In this document: positions 6,407 to 15,097 of the stretch, piece after piece | Layout: each line of letters begins with the position of its first letter | Numbering within the stretch: the first letter of the stretch is position 1 | DNA from: Alkalilimnicola ehrlichii MLHE-1 | GTDB lineage: Bacteria; Pseudomonadota; Gammaproteobacteria; Nitrococcales; Halorhodospiraceae | DNA length: 32,000 nt | Assembly: GCF_000014785.1 (NCBI RefSeq) | Contig: NC_008340.1 | Coordinates: forward strand, 180,001 to 212,000 | Direction: 5' to 3' | Notes under the pieces: generated by a model | What the model was told of the DNA's origin: nothing | Seen by the model: the letters and a program-made list of their open reading frames with translations, nothing else | Database searches by the model: none | Translations under genes and position numbers: made by a program

Positions 6407-8461
6407 TCAAGATGCCTGCACCGCTGCCGCGCCGCTGGCCCGGGCGGGCAGTTTCACAGTGAAGGTGGTGCCCTGCTCGGGTTTGCTGGCGACCTCCAGC
6501 CGGCCGCCCATGCGGACAATGTGTTCGCGGGCCTCGTACACGCCGATGCCCATGCCGGCATTGCCCTTGGTGGTCTGGAACGGGCGGAACAGGCGGCGCT
6601 GCATGAAGTCCTCGGCCATGCCGCAGCCGTTGTCCGCCACCTCAATAATGGCCCATGGCCCGTCTTTGTACAGGGTTAAGCGGACCCAGCCCTCGTCCGG
6701 GGTGGCCTCCTGGGCATTGCGGACCAAGTGCAGCAGGACATTCAGCAGGCCCTCGTGGTCGCCCAGCACCTCGCTGTCCGCCTTGATACGCAGTTCCGGT
6801 GCCGGTCGCAGGTCCTGGCTGTGGGTCATCACCTCGTCGAGCAACGCCCGCAGGCTGAGTGGGTGCAGGGGGGCGTCCGCACGCGGCTGGGCCTTGCGCA
6901 ACTGGGCCTGGGTGCGGTCCAGCCGGTCGCGGGCATTGGCGATGGTGCGGAAGGCGTCCGCCACGAACTCGGGGTTGTCCTTGTGGCGTTCGGCGTTGGA
7001 GCAGACCAGGGAGAGCTGCGCCGAGACGTTCTTCAGGTCGTGGACCAGGAAGGCCGCCAGACGGTGGAAGGTCTCGAACTGGCGGGCCTCCAGCAGCGCC
7101 TCGTTGGCCTGTACCAGGGCGACGTAGACGGCGAGCTGGCGGCCCGCGGTCTTGAGCAGGTCGCGGTCCTCCCAGTCGATCCCGCGTGGCGCCCGCGGCT
7201 GAGAGAGCACCACAAAGCCCACCAGCTCGTCGTCCTTGAGCAGGGGGATGACCAGCCAGTGGCGGGGGTTGTCCACCAGCCACCCCGGCAGCGCCACGCC
7301 CTGGTAGCGGCCGGTCTCGTTGCGGTACTCATCCAGGTCGATCACCCAGCCGCTGCGGACCAGGAAGGCGACCAGCTCGCCCTCCGGCTCCTCGGGGGGG
7401 TGGTCCGGGGCCCCCAGATTAAGCACCCCGTCCAGGGTGTAGGCGCCATCGTCCCCACGTGCCCAGAGCAGGCCCCCGGGGCTGTCCACCATCTCCGCGA
7501 TGGCAAGGACGGCGCGCTGCCGGAAAGGCATGTCCACGTCCTCCGTGGACAGGGTGCCTGTGAAGCGCAGCCACTCCTGGCGGTAGTCGTACTTATAGCT
7601 GAAGAAATGCTTGGTCAGCAGCACCTTGAGGCGCGCGCGGAAGCTGCCGGAGAAGAGCACCAGCGCCAGCAACAGCCCTGCACCGAACAGGAACACCACC
7701 TGCAGCGCGGCCCCCAGCTCGCCGCCGAAGTGGCGCAGGTAGTAGCCGGCACTGGCCACCGCCAGCAGGTAGAGTCCGGCCCCCACCAGGGTGGCGGTGT
7801 GGAAGAGCAGGTGGCGGGAGACGGTGGGCCCCTCCTGGCGCGGCAGGGCGCGGGCCATGGACAGGGCCAGCAGCGGCACCACCAGGGCGTTGGCCAGGCC
7901 GCGGGCCTGCCAGGAGGGGCTGTTCAGGGTGCCGAACAGGGCCAGGTCAGCGAACAGGAAGAGGTCGAAGGCGAACAGACCGCCCAGCCCCAGGCAGAGC
8001 GGCTTGATCTCCCAACGGCGTTGGGGCGGGGTGTTGCGGTAGGTCTGCTCGACCAGCACCAGGCCGCCGATGGCCAGCGCCAGCATGGCGACCGCCTGCC
8101 AGGCCTCCAGCCCCGGCCAGGCCACCGGGACGAGGAGCAGCAGCAGGAAGCCGGCCACCACCGCCACCCAGCGCCGGAAGGCGGCCGGCAGGGCGTGCCG
8201 GGTACCGGCGTTGCTGGCCAGCAGGGTGAGCAGCACCACGAACCAGGCGCCGTTGCGCGCCAGCTCGAGGACACCCGCGGAGAGTAGGGCTTGACCGCCG
8301 TGGGTGTGGGCCAACACGGTGAGGTAGCCGGCCCACAAGGCCGAGGCCAGTGAGGCGCCGGCCACCCATAGCGCGGAGGTTCGGTCCCGCCAGCGCAGCA
8401 GGATGGTGGCCGCCAGGCCGAGGAATGCCAGGGTGGCGATCAGGTAGCTTGCCGCGGCCAT
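6407..8461 (-). CDS. prsK: Multi-TM sensor histidine kinase of the PEP-CTERM system (PrsK family)
   Basis: 684 aa. The N-terminal ~300 aa is very hydrophobic with multiple TM helices. It is followed by a GAF-like region, the H-box FLVHDLKN, and HATPase motifs (DNGCGM, GMGIG). Confidence 0.85.
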   Translation of the reverse strand: MAAASYLIATLAFLGLAATILLRWRDRTSALWVAGASLASALWAGYLTVLAHTHGGQALLSAGVLELARNGAWFVVLLTLLASNAGTRHALPAAFRRWVAVVAGFLLLLLVPVAWPGLEAWQAVAMLALAIGGLVLVEQTYRNTPPQRRWEIKPLCLGLGGLFAFDLFLFADLALFGTLNSPSWQARGLANALVVPLLALSMARALPRQEGPTVSRHLLFHTATLVGAGLYLLAVASAGYYLRHFGGELGAALQVVFLFGAGLLLALVLFSGSFRARLKVLLTKHFFSYKYDYRQEWLRFTGTLSTEDVDMPFRQRAVLAIAEMVDSPGGLLWARGDDGAYTLDGVLNLGAPDHPPEEPEGELVAFLVRSGWVIDLDEYRNETGRYQGVALPGWLVDNPRHWLVIPLLKDDELVGFVVLSQPRAPRGIDWEDRDLLKTAGRQLAVYVALVQANEALLEARQFETFHRLAAFLVHDLKNVSAQLSLVCSNAERHKDNPEFVADAFRTIANARDRLDRTQAQLRKAQPRADAPLHPLSLRALLDEVMTHSQDLRPAPELRIKADSEVLGDHEGLLNVLLHLVRNAQEATPDEGWVRLTLYKDGPWAIIEVADNGCGMAEDFMQRRLFRPFQTTKGNAGMGIGVYEAREHIVRMGGRLEVASKPEQGTTFTVKLPARASGAAAVQAS

Positions 8462-8480
8462 CTCAGTTTACCCGGGGCAC

Positions 8481-9878
8481 TCAGCGGGCCCCCCGCCCGA
8501 ACAGGACGACCTTGACGGTTTCCAGCAGGATGACGATGTCCAGGAACAGGGTGTGGTTCTTGACGTAGTAGAGGTCGTACTGGAGCTTCTCCCGCGCATC
8601 GTGCACCGAGGCGCCGTAGGCGTAACGCACCTGTGCCCAGCCGGTGATGCCAGGGCGGATGCTGTGCCGTGCCAGGAAATAGGGGATCTGCTCACTGAGC
8701 TGCTCGACGAAGAAGGGCCGCTCCGGCCGTGGGCCGACGAAGGACATCTCGCCCTTGAAGACATTGATGACCTGGGGCAGTTCGTCGATGCGCAGCTTAC
8801 GGATGACGCGCCCGACGCGGGTGATGCGGTCGTCGTCGCCTTGTGCCCAGCGGGCCACGCCGTCGCGCTCCGCATCCTGGCGCATGCTACGGAACTTGTA
8901 GATGTCGAACGGCTCATTGCCCTGACCCACCCGGGTCTGGCGGTAAAAGACCGGTCCGGGGCTGTCCAGGCGGATGGCCAGGGCGGTGATCAGGATCACC
9001 GGAAGGGTGAGCAGCAGCAGGACGGAACTGGCCGTCAGGTCGAAGCAGCGCTTGACGGTGTTGCGGAAGCGGTCCTGGCGGAAGCCGCTGCCGAACACGA
9101 GCCAGCTGGTGTTCAGTGAGTCGAGCCGGAGTTGTTGGCGCTCACGCTCGAAGAAGGTGGAGATGTCGGTGATCCGTGCCCCATGCAGCTTGCAGTCCAG
9201 CAGCTCGCGGATGGGCAGGTTGCCCCGCCGGTCGCGTACCGCAACCACCAGTTCATGGGCCCGGTGCTCACGCATCAGATCCAGCAGCGTTTGCCCCTCC
9301 TCCCGGTGGATAACCCGGCTGGGGCACATGTCCACATGGCCGTCGTCGACCGGCGCGATGTACGCCAGCACCTTGTAGGGCAGCTCCTCCGGCCGCTTGT
9401 CCGGGTGCACGTGCTCCACCGCGGCAGCCCGGGAGCCGGTGCCCAGCACCAGCAGCCGGTGTTTGAACGCCTCCTGGGCGGTCACACTGCGGTAGAGGCT
9501 GCGCTCTGCCACCAGCCCCACCGAGGCCAGCGCCAGGCCGATGGAGATGGTGCCGTTCTGCAGCGTGGCCGCCGGGGCGACCAGCCCGTAGGCGGCGACG
9601 ATGCCCAGGGCGACCAGCAGGCCCACGGCGATGCGCAGCACCACCAGATGCCAGCCCTGGATCGCCACCAGTTGGTCGGGTTCGTACAGGCCCAGCAGGC
9701 TGAGGCTGAGCAGGGCGATCAGGGCGGTGGCCAGCAGTTCCATGGTGACCGCCCCGGGCACCAGGCTGCCGTCGGCCTGCACCAGCAGGGCCAGGGCCAG
9801 ACAGCCGTAGATGATCAGCCCCTCCACACCGGCAAGCAGCAGCACCTTGCGTGGCACGTGGTGTCCGAAGATGCGCAC
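8481..9878 (-). CDS. Polyprenyl-phosphate sugar transferase (EPS-initiating bacterial sugar transferase, PEP-CTERM-locus type)
   Basis: The N-terminus has four or five TM helices. The C-terminus is a bacterial sugar transferase domain (KRCFDL..., PGPVFYRQTRVG, FKFRSM, DELPQ, GEMSFVGPRP). Confidence 0.88.
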   Translation of the reverse strand: MRIFGHHVPRKVLLLAGVEGLIIYGCLALALLVQADGSLVPGAVTMELLATALIALLSLSLLGLYEPDQLVAIQGWHLVVLRIAVGLLVALGIVAAYGLVAPAATLQNGTISIGLALASVGLVAERSLYRSVTAQEAFKHRLLVLGTGSRAAAVEHVHPDKRPEELPYKVLAYIAPVDDGHVDMCPSRVIHREEGQTLLDLMREHRAHELVVAVRDRRGNLPIRELLDCKLHGARITDISTFFERERQQLRLDSLNTSWLVFGSGFRQDRFRNTVKRCFDLTASSVLLLLTLPVILITALAIRLDSPGPVFYRQTRVGQGNEPFDIYKFRSMRQDAERDGVARWAQGDDDRITRVGRVIRKLRIDELPQVINVFKGEMSFVGPRPERPFFVEQLSEQIPYFLARHSIRPGITGWAQVRYAYGASVHDAREKLQYDLYYVKNHTLFLDIVILLETVKVVLFGRGAR

Positions 9879-9910
9879 CGTGGCCGTTCCTCGCGATCCG
9901 TGCTAAGTGG

Positions 9911-10537
9911 TTAAAAGAAGCGTTCCGGGATAATTAGGGTATCGCCCGGCAACACGTCGACATTGGCGGTGATGTCGCCGCCATTGACCAGGTCGTCGAG
10001 ACGCACCCGGTACTGCTTCCGCTCTCCGTTTTCGTGGCGGATGATCACCGCCCGGTTGCCGGCGGCGAAATCGGTGATACCCCCGACTGCGATCATCACG
10101 TCCAGCACCGTCATGTGCTCGCGGTACTGCAGGGCCTGGGGCTGCGCCGCCTGACCGATCACCCGCACCTGGCGGTCGTAGGGGCCGGCGAAGCCGGTGA
10201 CCACCACCGTGACCACCGGGTCACGGATGTAACGGCTGAGCTCTTCCTCCATGGTCCGCGCCAGCTCGGTGGGGGTAACGCCGCTGGCCTGCACGTCCTC
10301 GACCAGGGGCGTGGTGATCTGGCCGTCTGGGCGGACGGGGACCGAGGTGGACAGGTCCGGGTTACGCCAGACGCTGACGTTGAGGGTGTCCCCCGGCCCG
10401 ATGATGTATTGGTCCAGATGGCGCTCCTCGACCTCGTTGGGCGCATCCGGGTGGGTGCCGGCGCAGGCCGCCAGCAGGCCGCCCAGCCAGAGGACGCAGA
10501 GGCCTCGCCAGAATCCGGGACGCCCAAATCGAGACAT
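9911..10537 (-). CDS. Polysaccharide export outer-membrane lipoprotein (Wza/EpsA-like)
   Basis: The start was set to the ATG at 10535-10537 (MSRFGRPGFWRGLCVLWLGGLLAAC lipobox) with a strong SD aaggag 7 nt upstream. Poly_export-type motifs are present: YIIGPGDTLNVSVW and a SLBB-like C-terminus. Confidence 0.85.
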   Translation of the reverse strand: MSRFGRPGFWRGLCVLWLGGLLAACAGTHPDAPNEVEERHLDQYIIGPGDTLNVSVWRNPDLSTSVPVRPDGQITTPLVEDVQASGVTPTELARTMEEELSRYIRDPVVTVVVTGFAGPYDRQVRVIGQAAQPQALQYREHMTVLDVMIAVGGITDFAAGNRAVIIRHENGERKQYRVRLDDLVNGGDITANVDVLPGDTLIIPERFF

Positions 10538-10776
10538 GTCCTTACTCCTTATCATCATCGTGTTCTCTGAAGCACGGCTTATGAGCACCGGAATATGTGC
10601 TCCCGGTATCCAAAGTGAAGCACAGGTTGCGTCAGGTTCCAGCGGTGCTGATCCCGGACATCGAGCGGTGATACCCCGGTCACACCGGCCAGGGGCTGCA
10701 CATCCGACGCTGTATGCTACACCTAAGTATGACTAATACGAGTTAATTGGGCGTGATGAAAGGGTAGAGCCACCGC

Positions 10777-10896
10777 CACCGTCACGGCGAGCGGCGGGTT
10801 CGCTGCCACCGTCACGGCGAGCGGAGGGTTCGCTGCCATCGCCACGGCGAGGGGCGGGTTCGCCTCCACCGTCACTGCGAGGAGCGGGTTCGTCTC
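10777..10896 (+). repeat. Four tandem head modules with an exact 30-bp period (caccgtcacggcgagcggcgggttcgctgc)
   Basis: Copies start at 10777, 10807, 10837 and 10867. The fifth head, at 10897, continues into a full U unit. Confidence 0.9.
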
Positions 10897-10898
10897 CA

Positions 10899-10975
10899 CC
10901 GTCACTGCGAGGAGCGAAGCGACGTGGCAGTCTACCGCTCTGGATCGCCACGGGCCCTCGGCCCTCGCAATGACG
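10899..10975 (+). repeat. Repeat unit U, copy B1
   Basis: ccgtcactgcgaggagcgaagcgacgtggcagtctaccgctctggatcgccacgggccctcggccctcgcaatgacg. Confidence 0.9.
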
Positions 10976-10996
10976 AGAGGAAAGCCTTCGCCCCCA

Positions 10997-11076
10997 CCGT
11001 CACTGCGAGGAGGCGAAGCCGACGCGGCAGTCTACCGCCCTGGATCGCCACGGGCCTTCGGCCCTCGCGATGACGG
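10997..11076 (+). repeat. Repeat unit U, copy B2
   Basis: ccgtcactgcgaggaggcgaagccgacgcggcagtctaccgccctggatcgccacgggccttcggccctcgcgatgacgg. Confidence 0.9.
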
Positions 11077-11135
11077 GGGTGCCCCGTTCCTCGTTGATTC
11101 GGGCCCGCGCAGCGGGGAGGGGGGCTCGCGACGAC
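11075..11135 (+). repeat. Repeat module V (about 60 bp), copy 1
   Basis: gggggtgccccgttcctcgttgattcgggcccgcgcagcggggaggggggctcgcgacgac is nearly identical to 15419-15481. It is followed by two ~28-bp tail modules at 11139-11194. Confidence 0.85.
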
Positions 11136-11317
11136 AGAAGTGAAGCGTCCGCTCCTCGCGATGAGTGAAGTGAAGCGTTCGCTCGCGATGACGGAAGGAA
11201 GCCTTGGGACAGGCGATGGCGGAAGCACTTTGCTGGCCATCAGGGTTGTTCAGCGGTTTGTCAGGGTCCGGGGCTGTCCGGGCGTGAATATGCGGGCCTA
11301 TCGGGAGCCCAGTCACA

Positions 11318-11956
11318 ATGGATATCAAGACGCTGGTCAACGAGTACCGGACGGCGTGGGAGGGCACGCTGCGGGGGCTGAACTGGCCGGAGCGCCTGAG
11401 AAAGCTGGACGAGATCCACGCCGAACTCTACAAACGGGTGGGTAACGAGATCGCCTTTCGCCGGGCCTCGCCGGAACTGGTCGCCGAGCTGATCCGCGGC
11501 CTCGGTCAGCCGCCGGTCAACAGCCTGGCGCAGGCGCGGATCTACGCCAATTCGGGCGACCCGCGCCACCGGCGGGCGTCGGAGAAATACATGGCCCAGC
11601 AGCCCCTGGGTGAGCTGGCTCGCGAGACGCCCGGGTACTCGGATGACACACCGGCCTACTGGGTGGACCGCCGACGCCACCGGCGGGTGCCGCAGGGCTG
11701 TCCGGTGAGCCTCTGGGCCCACGGCCGACGCACCGAGTGCGCGATGCGGGACCTCTCCCGGGGCGGGGCGGCGGTGGAGGATTGTGATGGATTGAACCCC
11801 GGGGATCGGGTGTCCGTGCGTATTCCCGGGTTCGGCATGAAGCTGGCGGCGGTGGTGCGCACCCGGGTCAACCGGATCGGATTGGCCTTTGAGTCGCAAC
11901 TGCCCTGGGAGCCGCGGCCGGCGACCCAGCCGTCGCCGATGGCCCAGGCGCACTGA
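11318..11956 (+). CDS. PilZ-domain (c-di-GMP-binding) protein with an uncharacterised ~115-aa N-terminal region
   Basis: RRHRR (RxxxR, 11669-11686) and DLSRGG (DxSxxG, 11750-11767) lie 22 aa apart. A beta-rich C-terminus follows (VSVRIPGFGMKLAAVVRTRVNRIGLAF). RBS gggag is at 11303-11307. Confidence 0.75.
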   Translation: MDIKTLVNEYRTAWEGTLRGLNWPERLRKLDEIHAELYKRVGNEIAFRRASPELVAELIRGLGQPPVNSLAQARIYANSGDPRHRRASEKYMAQQPLGELARETPGYSDDTPAYWVDRRRHRRVPQGCPVSLWAHGRRTECAMRDLSRGGAAVEDCDGLNPGDRVSVRIPGFGMKLAAVVRTRVNRIGLAFESQLPWEPRPATQPSPMAQAH

Positions 11957-12008
11957 ACCGTAGGCCCCCGAGCCGCCCATGCCCCGCGAAAGCCCTCCCC
12001 GGTATTGA

Positions 12009-12752
12009 ATGGCGTTGCGTAGCCTCGCCGATTGGTTGCTGCCGCCCAGCGGGCCCTTGCTACTGGCCCTGCTGGGCCTGCTGCTGTCGCGTTGGCGCCC
12101 GGGCCGGCTGCTCCTCCTGCTGGGGCTACTGCTCGCCTGGCTCAGCGCCCTGCCGCCGGTGGGTTACGCGCTCATGGATGGTCTGCAGGCCGACTGCCCG
12201 CCGGTGCAGCCGGCGCAGTTGCGCGACGCCCAGGCCATTGTGGTGCTCGGTGCCGGTTACCGCAGCGGCGCGGACGAGTTCAGCGGCGAGACGGTGAACG
12301 ACTTGGCGTTGGTGCGGCTGCGCTACGCCGCCTATCTGCACCGCGAGACCGGGCTGCCGGTGATCGCCAGCGGTGGGGCTGCCACCGATCGCGAGCCAGA
12401 GGCGCGCTGGATGGCGGAGGTGCTGGCGGAATTCGGTGTGGACCCCATACTCACGGAGAGTGAGGCGCGGGATACTTGGGGTAATGCGCAGCATACAGCA
12501 GAGCTGTTGGCCCGGCAGGGCCTGTCGCGCGTGGCGCTGGTCTCCCATGCGCACCACATGCCGCGGGCGGTCTGGGCCTTCGAGCAGGCAGGCGTAACCG
12601 TGCTGCCGGCCCCCACCGGCGCCTTTGTGCCCCACGACCGCGGCTGGTCCTGGGGGATGTTGCGGCCCCAGGCCAACGCCCTGCGCATGAGCTGGCTGGC
12701 CATGCACGAGTACCTGGGGTTATTCTGGTATCGCTGGATGCGGGGTGACTGA
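12009..12752 (+). CDS. DUF218 / YdcF-ElyC-family envelope protein
   Basis: N-terminal TM helices, then AIVVLGAG...LVRLRYAAYLHRETGLPVIASGG...ESEARDTWGNA...LVSHAHHMPRA, which is typical of the YdcF/SanA (DUF218) fold. Confidence 0.75.
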   Translation: MALRSLADWLLPPSGPLLLALLGLLLSRWRPGRLLLLLGLLLAWLSALPPVGYALMDGLQADCPPVQPAQLRDAQAIVVLGAGYRSGADEFSGETVNDLALVRLRYAAYLHRETGLPVIASGGAATDREPEARWMAEVLAEFGVDPILTESEARDTWGNAQHTAELLARQGLSRVALVSHAHHMPRAVWAFEQAGVTVLPAPTGAFVPHDRGWSWGMLRPQANALRMSWLAMHEYLGLFWYRWMRGD

Positions 12753-12773
12753 GGCCATGGGCCGGGGGATGCG

Positions 12774-13769
12774 ATGCGGGTACTGGTAACCGGCGGCGCC
12801 GGATACATCGGCAGCCATGTGGTGCGCCAACTGCTGGCAGCGGGCCACGAGCCGGTGGTGTACGACAATCTGAGCACCGGCTTTGCCTGGGCGGTGGGCG
12901 AGGCGCCGCTGGTGCGGGCCGACCTGGCGGATACGGCGCAGTTGGCGGAGACCCTGGCCCGCCACGCCTTCGATGCCGTGCTCCATTTTGCCGCCCATAC
13001 CGTGGTGCCGGAGTCGCTGAGCGATCCGCTTCGCTATTACGGCAACAACACCCGGAACACCTGGCAACTGCTCCAGGCCTGCCACGAGGCTGGGGTGAAG
13101 CGGTTCGTCTTCTCCTCCACCGCGGCGGTCTACGGCATGCCCGAGACCATGCCGGTGGCCGAGGACGCCCCGTTGGCGCCCATCAACCCCTATGGCGCCT
13201 CGAAGATGATGTCTGAGCGCATGCTCATGGACCTGGGGGCGGCCAGCGACCTGCGCTATGTGTGCCTGCGCTATTTCAACGTGGCCGGGGCCGAGCCGTC
13301 GGGGCGACTGGGGCAGGCGACGCCCCAGGCCACCCACCTGATCAAAGTGGCCTGCGAGGCCGCTGTCGGGCGGCGCGACGGGGTCACCGTCTTCGGCACC
13401 GACTACGCCACGCCGGACGGTACCTGTGTGCGGGACTTCATCCACGTGGAGGACCTGGCCCGGGCCCATATCCAGGCCCTGTCCCACCTAGTGGATGGCG
13501 GCGACTCGCAAGTGTTGAACTGCGGCTATGGTCGTGGCTACAGCGTGCTGGAGGTGCTGGAGGCCGTGAAGCGGCTGAGTGGCGCGGACTTTCCCGTCAC
13601 CCTGGGGACGCGGCGTGCCGGCGATCCGGCGCAGGTGGTGGCGGACAACCGGCGCATCCTGCGCACTCTGGACTGGAGCCCGCGCTACGCTGACCTGGAC
13701 ACCATCGTCGCCCACGCCCTGGCCTGGGAGCGCGACGGGTTGCTGGCACGCCGCGGGCCCCGACGGTAA
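12774..13769 (+). CDS. galE: UDP-glucose 4-epimerase
   Basis: MRVLVTGGAGYIGSH Rossmann N-terminus, SSTAAVYG, the YGASK catalytic motif, RYFNVAGA and DYIHV-like FIHVEDLA. 331 aa. Confidence 0.9.
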   Translation: MRVLVTGGAGYIGSHVVRQLLAAGHEPVVYDNLSTGFAWAVGEAPLVRADLADTAQLAETLARHAFDAVLHFAAHTVVPESLSDPLRYYGNNTRNTWQLLQACHEAGVKRFVFSSTAAVYGMPETMPVAEDAPLAPINPYGASKMMSERMLMDLGAASDLRYVCLRYFNVAGAEPSGRLGQATPQATHLIKVACEAAVGRRDGVTVFGTDYATPDGTCVRDFIHVEDLARAHIQALSHLVDGGDSQVLNCGYGRGYSVLEVLEAVKRLSGADFPVTLGTRRAGDPAQVVADNRRILRTLDWSPRYADLDTIVAHALAWERDGLLARRGPRR

Positions 13770-13783
13770 CGCCGTCCCGGGCC

Positions 13784-15097
13784 TTAGTCCTCAGGCTGCT
13801 CGCCCTCGACGCGGTTCCGACCGCGGTCCTTGGCCCGGTAGAGGGCGTCGTCGGCCCGTTTCACCAACTGATCCAGACCCTCACCGGGTCGGAAGCTGGC
13901 CAGCCCCAGACTGACCGTGACACCGTGGGTGTCGGCGCGCGCCCTCTCCGCGATCCGGGCGCGCAGGCGTTCGGCCAGTTGCAGGGCGCTGTGCCGATCG
14001 GTGTCAGGCAGCACGATGAGGAATTCCTCCCCTCCCCAGCGGCCGATCAGGTCGACGGCCCGCAGGTTCTCCTTGCAGCGCCGGATAAGCGTTTGCAGCA
14101 CCCGGTCGCCCACGTTATGGCCGTACTGGTCGTTGACGCGTTTGAAGTGGTCCACGTCCAGCAGGGCCACCGACAGGGCATCGCCGTGCCGGTTGCTCCG
14201 TTCCATCTCCCGCGCCAGGGCCTGCTCAATGCGGCGCCGGTTGAGTGCCCCGGTCAACTGATCGAAGGTGGCCTCCCGCTCCAGCGCGTCCTGGAGGGCC
14301 TTTCGCTCGCTGATGTCCTGTAGCACCCAGACGAAGCCCTGGGACAGGTCACAGGGGTCCAGCGGGCGGCCCAGCAGGGAGACGGTGATGACTTCGCCGT
14401 CGGCCCGTACGAATTCCCGTTCGATCTCCGAGGTGCGGCCCTGGCGCAGCACCGGGTAGACGGCCTCGCCGGTGGCCTCGTAGTCGGTGTGGCTCGTGTA
14501 TAGGAAGGCGGTGGTCCGGCCCAACACCTCCTCCGCCCGGTAGCCGGTCATGCGCAAGAAGGCGGGGTTGCAATGCAGGATACGGCGCTCGCCGTCCAGG
14601 AACAGCAGCCCGACCGGACTGTGCTCGATGATGGCCTCCAGCGAGGCTTGGGCGGCGCGCGCCTCCGCCTCCAGGGCCTTGCGCCGGGAGATGTCCCGCC
14701 AGACGACTAGAATTTTGGACCGTTCATCTCGGTCCAGGCCGGTCAAAAGCACCTCGACCCAAATCGGACTGCCGTCCGCCTTGAGGTGCTGCCACTCAAA
14801 GCGTTGCGAACCCCGCGCCCGGGCCTGGGCCACCACCTCGCGGGACCGTTTGGCGGAGCTGTGGCCGTCGGGCTGGCAGACCGGCGAGATCTCCTCGGGG
14901 GTGCGTCCGAGCAGTTGGCCGACGTCCTCGTAGCCCAGAAGCTCGGCCGCCGCCCGGTTACAGACCACGAACCGGTGGCCCTCGATGATCAGCATGCCGT
15001 CGGGGTTTTGCTCGAATACCCGCTGGTAAAGCCGGGACTCACCCGCGGAATCGGTGGTGCGATGCTGGGTGGCTGAGGGCTGGCGATTTCGGTCCAT
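13784..15097 (-). CDS. PAS-PAS-GGDEF diguanylate cyclase
   Basis: Two PAS modules (NPDGMLII..., SPVGLLFLD...). The GGDEF domain has active-site GGEEF (14021-14035) and an I-site RAVD (14051-14062) five residues upstream. Confidence 0.9.
   Translation of the reverse strand: MDRNRQPSATQHRTTDSAGESRLYQRVFEQNPDGMLIIEGHRFVVCNRAAAELLGYEDVGQLLGRTPEEISPVCQPDGHSSAKRSREVVAQARARGSQRFEWQHLKADGSPIWVEVLLTGLDRDERSKILVVWRDISRRKALEAEARAAQASLEAIIEHSPVGLLFLDGERRILHCNPAFLRMTGYRAEEVLGRTTAFLYTSHTDYEATGEAVYPVLRQGRTSEIEREFVRADGEVITVSLLGRPLDPCDLSQGFVWVLQDISERKALQDALEREATFDQLTGALNRRRIEQALAREMERSNRHGDALSVALLDVDHFKRVNDQYGHNVGDRVLQTLIRRCKENLRAVDLIGRWGGEEFLIVLPDTDRHSALQLAERLRARIAERARADTHGVTVSLGLASFRPGEGLDQLVKRADDALYRAKDRGRNRVEGEQPED

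Noticed and set aside
10538-10776. Sigma-54-like strings upstream of the EPS/prs operon on the minus strand (tggaacctgacgcaac; tggataccgggagcac)
   Set aside because: The GG-to-GC spacing is off by 1-2 nt in both, so neither is a credible -24/-12 promoter. I could not place a convincing sigma-70 promoter there either, so none is annotated.
10777-10896. Possible CRISPR array, suggested by the regular 30-bp periodicity
   Set aside because: The units are directly abutting copies of one sequence with no unique spacers, there are only four or five units, and no cas genes are nearby. It is a tandem repeat, not a CRISPR.
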